DNA from: an uncultured Candidatus Saccharibacteria bacterium | GTDB taxonomy: Bacteria > Patescibacteriota > Minisyncoccia > Phycocordibacterales > UBA9973 | NCBI GenBank assembly: GCA_964402895.1 | Contig: CAYODR010000003.1 | Location: forward strand, 3,534-67,533 | DNA length: 64,000 nucleotides | Direction: 5' to 3' | In this document: in pieces, positions 56,759-64,000 of the stretch | Numbering within the stretch: position 1 is the stretch's first letter | Layout: the number at the start of each line of letters is the position of its first letter | The notes under the pieces: model-generated | Seen by the model: only the letters and a program-made list of their open reading frames with translations | Databases searched by the model: none | Told to the model about the DNA's origin: nothing | Made by a program: the position numbers and the translations under genes

Positions 56759-57619
56759 ATGAAAAGAAAAGATTATATAATTGATAACTGGTCAGAATAC
56801 ACTCTCTTAGATTCTGGAGATTCTAGAAAATTAGAGCAGTTTGGAAGTATTCTTCTTGATCGCCCAGAACCACAAGCCATTTGGAATAAAAAGCACACTG
56901 ATTTGTGGCTTTTGGCGCAGGCTCAATTTGTCTGGGCAGATAAAGGGGAGAGATGGAAGATTTCTAAAGATTTAAAAGAAAGTTGGGATATAGCTTGGAA
57001 TGATTTGAGGATAGGACTTTCTTTTAAAGGATTTAAACATGTTGGAATATTTCCTGAGCACAGTATGCAGTGGCAGAAAATTAAAGACTTAGGTGCTCAT
57101 CATCCAGGATTAAAGATGCTTAATCTTTTTGGGTATACAGGTATTGCCAGTATGGCTGGTGCATCTGCTGGTATGGAGGTGACACATGTAGATGCATCTA
57201 AGCAAACAGTTCAAATACTAAAAGATAATTTAAAGAAATCAAAACTTGAAAATAAAAAAGTGAAAATCATTGTTGAAGACGCTCTTAAGTATGTAAAAAG
57301 ACTTGTATCTAGAGGAGAAAAATTTGATGTAATCGCCATGGACCCACCAGCTTTCGGGCGTGGACCAAAAAAAGAAGTCTGGAAGATAGAAGAATCTTTG
57401 ACAGAACTTATATCTTTAATTCCTAAAATCATATCTAGTGATGTAAAGCTTGTGATATTGAATGGTTATGCGTCTGGGTATAGTGCTAGAACTTTTGGAG
57501 AACTTTTGGCGGGTATTTTAGGCGAGGAAAAAATCATCTATGGAGAAATTGGGATAAAAGAAAAAGATTCTAATCGCATATTAACTACAGGAATATATAG
57601 TATGTATACTCAAGAATAA
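56759..57619 (+). CDS. class I SAM-dependent methyltransferase, RlmI-like (DPPxF type)
   Basis: FGYTGIASMAGASAGMEVTHVD and FDVIAMDPPAF motifs. Confidence 0.55.
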   Translation: MKRKDYIIDNWSEYTLLDSGDSRKLEQFGSILLDRPEPQAIWNKKHTDLWLLAQAQFVWADKGERWKISKDLKESWDIAWNDLRIGLSFKGFKHVGIFPEHSMQWQKIKDLGAHHPGLKMLNLFGYTGIASMAGASAGMEVTHVDASKQTVQILKDNLKKSKLENKKVKIIVEDALKYVKRLVSRGEKFDVIAMDPPAFGRGPKKEVWKIEESLTELISLIPKIISSDVKLVILNGYASGYSARTFGELLAGILGEEKIIYGEIGIKEKDSNRILTTGIYSMYTQE

Positions 57620-57647
57620 TCTATTTAGTGTATAATTCTTGATTGTG

Positions 57648-58073
57648 ATGAAAAAAGAAAAACTAAGTGACAATAAAATAAATCCAGAATTGAAAGATTT
57701 TATAAAGGTTAAAAGAGGGGTTGATGGTTTTGGATTATTTGCCTTGAAAGATATTTCAAAAGGGGAATATATTATTGAGTATTTTGGACCTATTTTAAAT
57801 GATGCAGAAACTCAAGAAAAAGGTGGAAAATACCTTTTTCAAATTTCAAAGAATAAAACCGTTGATGGTTCTATAAGGGAAAATATTGCTAGATATATAA
57901 ATCATTCATGTCGTCCTAATTGTGAAGTAGAAATAAAAAAAGGTAGAATACTCGTATTTACTAAAAAGAAAGTAAAAGCTGGAGAAGAATTTAACTATGA
58001 TTATGGTAAGGATTATTTTAACGAATATATAAAACCAAAAGGTTGTATGTGTGTGAAGTGTAAGGAAAAATAA
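57648..58073 (+). CDS. SET-domain protein (putative lysine methyltransferase)
   Basis: GFGLFA, NHSCRPNCEV, EEFNYDYG SET motifs and C-terminal Cys cluster CMCVKCKEK; the ORF track starts at a TTG at 57639, while the ATG at 57648 lies 11 nt after a TATAAT box. Confidence 0.75.
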   Translation: MKKEKLSDNKINPELKDFIKVKRGVDGFGLFALKDISKGEYIIEYFGPILNDAETQEKGGKYLFQISKNKTVDGSIRENIARYINHSCRPNCEVEIKKGRILVFTKKKVKAGEEFNYDYGKDYFNEYIKPKGCMCVKCKEK

Positions 58074-58108
58074 TTTTTTTAAATTACATTACTTATTTTA
58101 TAGACTCA

Positions 58109-58213
58109 AAACCAAATATGTCCTTCTGGGGGCACGCGTATTTTTCTGAGGAAAAATCGCTATGCTCGCGCCAGTCGCGCTGCGCAAGTCCCCCAGAAGG
58201 ACATATTTGGTTT
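58109..58213. repeat. GC-rich palindromic element, copy C (24-bp TIR aaaccaaatatgtccttctggggg)
   Basis: perfect TIRs; central tatttttctgaggaaaaat palindrome as in the other copies. Confidence 0.55.
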
Positions 58214-58265
58214 CTTGTTTTTGTTATTCTGTTAAAATTAAAATAAACCTTTTCACTATATAAAA

Positions 58266-58377
58266 GTCCCAAACAATACATCCTATGAAGAGACTTGCGC
58301 AGGCTGACTGAGCCGAGCACAGGAAAAAATCAGCAGATTTTTATCCGTGTCTCTGAATAGGATGTACTGTTTGGGAC
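58266..58377. repeat. GC-rich palindromic element, copy D (same TIR family as 11219-11329, core inverted)
   Basis: TIR gtcccaaacaatacatcctat / ataggatgtactgtttgggac; the core is the reverse complement of the copy-A core. The right TIR doubles as the pilin upstream block. Confidence 0.6.
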
Positions 58378-58385
58378 GCACATTA

Positions 58386-58394
58386 TGATATAAT
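58386..58394 (+). promoter_or_regulatory. extended -10 TGATATAAT, 6 nt upstream of the pilin ATG
   Basis: read directly; the same block occurs upstream of the other two pilin genes. Confidence 0.45.
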
Positions 58395-58400
58395 ATTTAT

Positions 58401-59093
58401 ATGAAAAAAATACCAACAAACTCTAAAACACAAATAGGGGGGTATACACTAAAAAGTAAAGCCTTCACTCTGATTGAACTTCTTGTTGTAATTGCAATCA
58501 TCGGTATTCTTGCGGGAGTAGTAATAGCTAGCCTAAACAGCGCCAGAACCAAAGGTAGAGTAGCGGCGATTAAATCAAATTTAAAGAATCTTCAGACACA
58601 AGCGCTCGCATATCATGCAGAAAATGGAACTTTTCTAGGATTATGTAATGCTGATAATAGTGTTATCCATGCAAATATAAAACCTAATTTTGATGCACTT
58701 AAAAATATCGTTGGAGAAAATAATATTAAATGTTTTGTTAATACATCATTATTGCAATATTATACATTTGGTGTAAGTGTGTATTTTGAAGAAAATTATT
58801 ATAGCGTAGATCATTCTATGATTTTGGCATTAGATAATTATTCCAATGTAGCTACTTCAACTGGTTGGCAGAACTCAATGGATAGCTGTATTTCTCAGGG
58901 TAAATTTGTTGCCTCTATTATGATGTTGAAAACAGTATTTGATCTAGGTTTTAGTGTAAGTGCTTATCACTGGTCGTCTACGGAGTCTTTTAATGATAGC
59001 TCTATGGCTTATACTCAACATCCAACTAATGGTATTTCATATCAAAATGTTAAGACATCAGGTTTTAATAGATCTATTTGTGGTACTTTATAA
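58401..59093 (+). CDS. type IV pilin-like protein (prepilin N-terminal motif)
   Basis: leader MKKIPTNSKTQIGGYTLKSKAFTLIELLVVIAIIGILAGVVIASLNSARTKGRVAAIKSNLKNLQ; almost identical N-terminus to the 10424 paralog. Confidence 0.8.
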   Translation: MKKIPTNSKTQIGGYTLKSKAFTLIELLVVIAIIGILAGVVIASLNSARTKGRVAAIKSNLKNLQTQALAYHAENGTFLGLCNADNSVIHANIKPNFDALKNIVGENNIKCFVNTSLLQYYTFGVSVYFEENYYSVDHSMILALDNYSNVATSTGWQNSMDSCISQGKFVASIMMLKTVFDLGFSVSAYHWSSTESFNDSSMAYTQHPTNGISYQNVKTSGFNRSICGTL

Positions 59094-59118
59094 TTTTTGT
59101 TCTAAAAAACAAAAAAGC

Positions 59119-59248
59119 ATAAATCTCTAAACAGTCCTTATAAAGACTGTGCTTCATAAGTAAAGCATATTTGTAGGATAGCCCCAGTCGAAACCAAGAC
59201 GTCCTGCGCCTAGACTTAGAACCTGTGGCTGACTGCTTAGAGATTTAT
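59119..59248. repeat. palindromic element, copy E (18-bp TIR ataaatctctaaacagtc, 1 mismatch)
   Basis: TIR pair read directly; the core contains the ggctgactg motif shared with other copies. Confidence 0.5.
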
Positions 59249-59320
59249 ACCTTCTTATTGTGATATAATATATTTATATTGAATTGAGTGCTAAAAGTAT
59301 AATAGCATAAGCAAATAAAA

Positions 59321-60301
59321 ATGTCAAGCCACAACCTACAACCCATCCCAGACGAGCAATTTAGCGACAATATCTTGAGACCGCAATCTTTTGATGAATA
59401 TGTTGGTCAGCCTCAAATAAAAAAGAACCTTTCTATCCTTATTGGGGCGGCAAAGTCTCGTAATCAGACACCGGAACATATACTTTTTTATGGTCCACCA
59501 GGACTAGGCAAGACCACACTTGCAAATGTGATTGCTAAAGAGATGAATGCAAATATCAAGATCACAAGTGGACCCGCTATTGAAAAAGTAGGAGACCTTG
59601 CAGCCATTTTAACCAATCTACAACCAGGAGATATTTTATTTATTGATGAAATACATAGGCTCAATAAATCTATTGAAGAAATTTTATATCCAGTTATGGA
59701 GACAGGTAAGCTTGATATTATGATTGGTAAAGGACCAAGCGCTAGAACTATTCAACTTGATCTTCCGGCCTTTACTTTGCTTGGAGCAACCACGAGGTTT
59801 GGTATGCTTTCATCTCCCCTCAGGTCTCGTTTTTCAGGCGGTACTTTTAGACTTGAGTTTTATTCTGATAGTGAAATAGAAAGTATTTTAGAAAGGTCAT
59901 CTAGAATCTTGCAAATAGATTTCAATAAAAGTTTTCTACCGGAATTATCAAAGAGAAGCAGAAAGACTCCAAGAATAGCCAACTATCTCTTAAGAAGGGT
60001 GAGAGATTATGCACAAATGAATCAAAAAGATATTGATCAAGATTCAATTGAAGGAGCATTTGAGTTGCTCGGACTTGATAAGAATGGATTATCTAAGAGT
60101 GATATTTCAATTATGAAAGTTTTAAATGATAAATTTGGTGGCGGTCCTACGGGGATTAAAAATCTAGCTGCTGCTACCGGTGAAGATGAAGCAACGATTG
60201 AAGATGTTGTTGAACCATATTTGATACAAATGGGACTAATTGAAAGAACTCCTAGAGGTAGGATTTTAACAGAAAGAGGCAAGATGTATATTCATGAATA
60301 G
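59321..60301 (+). CDS. ruvB: Holliday junction branch-migration helicase RuvB
   Basis: FYGPPGLGKTTLA Walker A, DEIHRL Walker B, C-terminal winged helix. Confidence 0.92.
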   Translation: MSSHNLQPIPDEQFSDNILRPQSFDEYVGQPQIKKNLSILIGAAKSRNQTPEHILFYGPPGLGKTTLANVIAKEMNANIKITSGPAIEKVGDLAAILTNLQPGDILFIDEIHRLNKSIEEILYPVMETGKLDIMIGKGPSARTIQLDLPAFTLLGATTRFGMLSSPLRSRFSGGTFRLEFYSDSEIESILERSSRILQIDFNKSFLPELSKRSRKTPRIANYLLRRVRDYAQMNQKDIDQDSIEGAFELLGLDKNGLSKSDISIMKVLNDKFGGGPTGIKNLAAATGEDEATIEDVVEPYLIQMGLIERTPRGRILTERGKMYIHE

Positions 60302-60788
60302 GATTTTAGCAATAGACCCGGGTTATGACAGGTGCGGGGTTGCGATACTTGATTTTGGTGGTGGTAAATATGAATTAAAAAAATCAGAATGTATCACGAC
60401 TGATAAGAAAGATTTGCACCAGTTTAGGTTGTTTGAGATTTTTAATGGTTTGAAAGAAATTATTGAAAAAGAAAAACCAGACTATATTGCACTTGAAACT
60501 TTATTTTTTTCTACAAATAAAAAAACCGCTATAAAAGTAGCAGAGGCTCGTGGAGTTATAGTACTTCTTTCTGGGATTTATAATATTTCTCTTTTAGAAC
60601 TTTCTCCGCAAGAAGTTAAAATAGCAATGACTGGTGTAGGGAATGCTAGTAAAGATCAGGTAAAAAAAATGGTAGAACTCACTCTAAAGATAGATACAAA
60701 AAAGGTTTTAGATGATGAAATTGATGCTATTGCAGTAGCTTTTGCCGGGGCACAAAAACAAAAAGTAAATACACTACAAAATTTGTGA
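60294..60788 (+). CDS. ruvC: Holliday junction resolvase RuvC
   Basis: ILAIDPGYDRCGVAIL catalytic Asp region; overlaps ruvB by 8 nt. Confidence 0.85.
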   Translation: MNRILAIDPGYDRCGVAILDFGGGKYELKKSECITTDKKDLHQFRLFEIFNGLKEIIEKEKPDYIALETLFFSTNKKTAIKVAEARGVIVLLSGIYNISLLELSPQEVKIAMTGVGNASKDQVKKMVELTLKIDTKKVLDDEIDAIAVAFAGAQKQKVNTLQNL

Positions 60789-60863
60789 TTTTGCTCTTGC
60801 AAAGAATCTATCTTTTTGATACAAATATGTGCATATTAGTATTAATTTATTTTTAGATAATAT

Positions 60864-61082
60864 ATGTCTGATGACAATGAATTTGGTGAGGTAACAGAAA
60901 TCACAGAAGATGAACTTGGTGGGGATATAAACCAAGTTATGGAGGATGAAGATGCCGATGTTTTAGAAGATGGACTTGAAGGAGAGCTTTCAGAAGATGA
61001 ATATCAAGATGAAGAAGATCCTTATGCGGAAATCGAGGAAATTCTAGACCCAAACGATACAGACCCTTGGGATGATAGATAA
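60864..61082 (+). CDS. small highly acidic protein (72 aa, about 45% D/E)
   Basis: MSDDNEFGEVTEITEDELGGD...; followed by a strong terminator. Confidence 0.45.
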   Translation: MSDDNEFGEVTEITEDELGGDINQVMEDEDADVLEDGLEGELSEDEYQDEEDPYAEIEEILDPNDTDPWDDR

Positions 61083-61085
61083 ATT

Positions 61086-61123
61086 AAAACCCTTAACTAC
61101 TCGTTAAGGGTTTTAATTTTTTT
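61086..61123. terminator. bidirectional terminator between the acidic-protein gene and pilB
   Basis: aaaacccttaac/gttaagggtttt 12-bp stem followed by a T-run. Confidence 0.7.
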
Positions 61124-62825
61124 CGTATAGATCAACCACATCTTTCACTTCTTCAAAATCTGTGACACCTTGAAGTATTTTGATTAGGGCATCTTCTTTC
61201 ATATCTAGGGTTTTTTGTTTGTCGGCTATCTTTTTTATTTCTCTTTCACTTGGGTTTTCTATAATACTGTTTTCAATATCTTCTGTTGTCTGGATTGCTT
61301 CAAAAATACCAATACGGCCTTTATAGCCAGTACCATTACAATGCGGACACCCATCTGCAGACCAGAGGTTTTGAATGTCTTTATTTGCTCCAAATTTTTC
61401 TATATCCTTATCTTTTTCTTTGGCATTGTTCCAGATTCTATCAATGTGTTCTCTTTCTTCTGGTGTTATGGGTCTTTCGTATTTGCATTGTGAACAGATT
61501 TTTCTTACAAGTCTTTGCGCAATAGAAAGAGTGAGTGCACTTCCAAGAATTTTTGGATTTACATCAAGGTCAATAAGGCGAGGAATAACCCCGGAAGCGT
61601 TGTTGGTGTGGAGAGTTGAAAAAACTATGTGACCAGTCAGGGCACTTTCTACCGCCGTCTTTGCTGTTTCGGGGTCTCTGATCTCACCGACCATGATTAC
61701 ATCGGGGTCTTGTCTAAGCGCACTTCGGAGTCCTTCTAGGAAATTGTAACCCTTTTTATGGTCAGCTTGTGTTTGGGTAATTCCTGGTAGGTGGTATTCA
61801 ATAGGGTCTTCAATTGTAATTATTTTTTTTTCTGAAGAATAGATTTTTTTTAGAAAAGCATAAAGAGTTGTGGTCTTACCACTACCAGTAGGACCGGTTA
61901 GAAGGATTAAACCATTTGGCTTGCTGATTTCTTTAACAAAGATTTCGTACAGGGGTTCTGAAATACCAAGCTGTTCAAGCTCTACCTGAATAGCTTCGGG
62001 ATTTAAAATACGAAGAACTATACTTTCGCCATATGCACCAGGTACCATAGAAGTACGAAAGTTTATTTCAAGTTCTTTGTCTTGTGGTTTGAAGTATGCA
62101 CTAAATCTTCCGTCTTGAGGATTTGAAGTGATAGTTAGCTTAAGACCTGAGAGAAGCTTAATACGAGTATTGATTTGTTTGTAGGTAGCTTTATTAAAAT
62201 GAGTAATGATTCTGAGAACTCCATCAAGTCTAAAACGAAGCTCTGTTTTATCTTCCATTGGCTCAATATGAATATCAGAAGCCCCAAGCCCCATAGCGGT
62301 ACCGATAATAATTTCCAAAAGAATAGAGAGTTTATATTCTCCAAGTTCATTTACCGCGCTGTTAATAGAATTCACCGCATCTTCAATTGTTTTGGTTGTA
62401 TGACTTAGTTCTTCTAGGGTTATAGCACTTATTTCTATTCCACCAGAACGAGAGGCTTTAGCAAAAGATAAATCTTTATATCTTTCATGCACCTTTTCAA
62501 TACTTTTTTGGCTAGCCATTACTAAAGTTATAATGTATCCCTTATTTTTTAATATCTGTATTGCTTTTTGTGCATTTAGATTTTCAGGGGAACGGACGGC
62601 AAGAGAGAGTTTTTTACCAATGAGTTTATAAGGTCCCACCTCAAACTCTCGCGCTTGCTCTTCTGTTAAAGCGCGGATTGCATCGTTGTCTATAGATTCG
62701 CCTGATAAATCAATATAAGGTATTCCGTATCTTTCTCTAGCTAAAAGGGAAATCAAAGCTTCTTCTTCAGATTCTCTTAAATCTTTGAGTCGTTTCATCT
62801 GGTTGTCATCTTGGAAGCGTGGCAT
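61113..62825 (-). CDS. pilB: type IV pilus assembly ATPase PilB (GspE family)
   Basis: Walker A GPTGSGKTTT, GEIRD, tetracysteine CSQC...CPHC; TGcTATAAT 9 nt upstream of the ATG. Confidence 0.9.
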   Translation of the reverse strand: MPRFQDDNQMKRLKDLRESEEEALISLLARERYGIPYIDLSGESIDNDAIRALTEEQAREFEVGPYKLIGKKLSLAVRSPENLNAQKAIQILKNKGYIITLVMASQKSIEKVHERYKDLSFAKASRSGGIEISAITLEELSHTTKTIEDAVNSINSAVNELGEYKLSILLEIIIGTAMGLGASDIHIEPMEDKTELRFRLDGVLRIITHFNKATYKQINTRIKLLSGLKLTITSNPQDGRFSAYFKPQDKELEINFRTSMVPGAYGESIVLRILNPEAIQVELEQLGISEPLYEIFVKEISKPNGLILLTGPTGSGKTTTLYAFLKKIYSSEKKIITIEDPIEYHLPGITQTQADHKKGYNFLEGLRSALRQDPDVIMVGEIRDPETAKTAVESALTGHIVFSTLHTNNASGVIPRLIDLDVNPKILGSALTLSIAQRLVRKICSQCKYERPITPEEREHIDRIWNNAKEKDKDIEKFGANKDIQNLWSADGCPHCNGTGYKGRIGIFEAIQTTEDIENSIIENPSEREIKKIADKQKTLDMKEDALIKILQGVTDFEEVKDVVDLYEKN

Positions 62826-62890
62826 TGTCTAAGTATTATAGCAAAATAAAGCTATAATGCTTATTTTAGGGGTATTGACTTTTTTTGATA

Positions 62891-62990
62891 TATATGTTAA
62901 CATATAGATAAGTTAGATCTTTGAAAAAGATTTTAAAGGTTATCAGAAAATCTTATTTTGAAATAGGGATTTCCGATAACCTTTAAAATT
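62891..62990. promoter_or_regulatory. palindromes in the divergent pilB / 63004 intergenic region
   Basis: perfect 16-bp palindrome tatatgttaacatata (62891-62906); 16-bp IR ttttaaaggttatcag / ccgataacctttaaaa separated by about 29 nt (62927-62990). Confidence 0.4.
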
Positions 62991-63003
62991 AAATATAAAA
63001 AAT

Positions 63004-63561
63004 ATGAAAAAGTTAATTTTTATTCTCGCGTTGATTGTTGTTGGGACATCTGCAAGCGCACAGAAGTTTGCGAAAAGACCTAAGGCAAACGATTTGCCAA
63101 AAACAAAGGAGGACCTGATGCATGTCTTTCATATCTTTCCGCAAGATAATGCGGAGTATGTATGGAAACATGCAAAAAAAGGAGTTTTAACAGAGCTTCC
63201 AAGTACTTTATATGAAGTACTTGTGCCAGTAGATTCTACTGGCAGACTTGCTTTTGTTGATTCGGAGTTACATCAACCTAGAAGACAAGATAGTGTCTTG
63301 TACTTCACCACGGCAGATGGGGAGACGATTATCTTTAAAAATCTGACAACGAAGTTATTTTGTCGTCCGGTTCTTATTGAAGAATCTGAGCGTCAGTTTA
63401 GCGGGAATTTTATTCCTGCTCAGCCAAGGGCTCAACCTCAACCACAGCCTAGGGTTGTACATACACAACCGCAACCACAAGCTCGTCCCGTTTTTAGGGA
63501 TGATGTTTATGGCTATGACTCTGGTTATAGCTCTAGGATTATTATTCCTAGGTGGCGCTAG
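63004..63561 (+). CDS. secreted hypothetical protein with PQ-rich C-terminal segment
   Basis: signal peptide MKKLIFILALIVVGTSASA; AQPRAQPQPQPRVVHTQPQPQARP. Confidence 0.5.
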   Translation: MKKLIFILALIVVGTSASAQKFAKRPKANDLPKTKEDLMHVFHIFPQDNAEYVWKHAKKGVLTELPSTLYEVLVPVDSTGRLAFVDSELHQPRRQDSVLYFTTADGETIIFKNLTTKLFCRPVLIEESERQFSGNFIPAQPRAQPQPQPRVVHTQPQPQARPVFRDDVYGYDSGYSSRIIIPRWR

Positions 63562-63598
63562 GGGCTAAATTTTTTTTGTATTGTCCTATTTGTTGTTT

Positions 63599-63634
63599 GT
63601 CGGTCTACATATATTGTGTAGACCGACCTTTTTA
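63599..63634 (+). terminator. rho-independent terminator
   Basis: gtcggtctaca/tgtagaccgac stem followed by a T-run. Confidence 0.6.
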
Positions 63635-63725
63635 TTGCCTATTGACTTTCTTATTATAATATGCTATTATTTAATCAAATAGGATAAGTAACAAATTTGA
63701 TTTAAACTAAACATCTCAAAAAAAA

Positions 63726-64000
63726 TGTTCTTTAAAAAATTTATCGCACTCATTATCATAGTGATGATGAGCGCAAGCGCTTTTGCGCAAACTGATTACA
63801 ACCCCTTCTTAAAGGTGGTTGCAAACAGTGAAGCCCAATACAAAAAATTGCTATCAGACCTTTTGGTTGATGGTAATGGAGAGAAGTGGCACGCAGGTGC
63901 AGGGCAAGCATATTTTGAATTCTTCAATCATGTTTTTCCCGGAGAATCTCCAGAGAGTATTATTGTTGGTACAAAATTTGTTTCAGCAAACACTCTAACT
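63726..64000 (+). CDS. secreted hypothetical protein (partial, continues beyond the window)
   Basis: MFFKKFIALIIIVMMSASAFAQ signal peptide; the ORF is open to the window end. Confidence 0.4.

Noticed and set aside
58093-58320. 75-aa minus-strand ORF upstream of the pilin gene
   Set aside because: Made entirely of two palindromic repeat elements; the translation is repeat-derived.

Overview
The window is AT-rich (about 30% GC by eye), and CPR/Patescibacteria-like hallmarks are an inference. It holds a chromosomal origin block (rpmH-rnpA-yidD-yidC divergent from dnaA-dnaN-DUF721) alongside housekeeping genes (ppa, tig, clpP, rny, hup, cca, xth, xerD-like, rpsO, pcrA/uvrD, ksgA, PBP1A, tyrS, ruvB-ruvC, pilB) and four tRNAs (Trp, Pro, Gly, Arg, none encoding CCA, next to the cca gene). 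Several accessory features stand out.

1. A near-canonical hammerhead ribozyme motif on the minus strand at 19538-19586. It lies in a GC-richer island between a PLP-fold gene and a small membrane-protein gene whose start codon is immediately preceded by a perfect 19-bp hairpin.
2. A family of three type IV pilin-like paralogs with a conserved leader (IGG encoded by poly-G) and a conserved promoter-proximal block. One copy is out of frame at a G10 homopolymer, and all sit among GC-rich palindromic repeat elements.
3. A type IV secretion-like locus at about 32.3-48.1 kb. It comprises a giant VirB6/TrbL-like polytopic membrane protein, a PrgI/VirB3-like protein, a VirB4 ATPase split into two ORFs, and several giant secreted proteins, plus a distant TM-less VirD4/TraD-like ATPase at 6.5 kb.
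4. Genome-wide, TGnTATAAT -10 boxes sit 5-9 nt upstream of start codons, suggesting pervasive leaderless expression.
5. An orphan MazF-like toxin, a bacterial SET-domain protein, a eukaryotic-like kinase-fold protein, and a NYN/TP-repeat/DksA-like cluster.

All assignments are from reading the translated ORFs and the sequence by eye. No searches were run.
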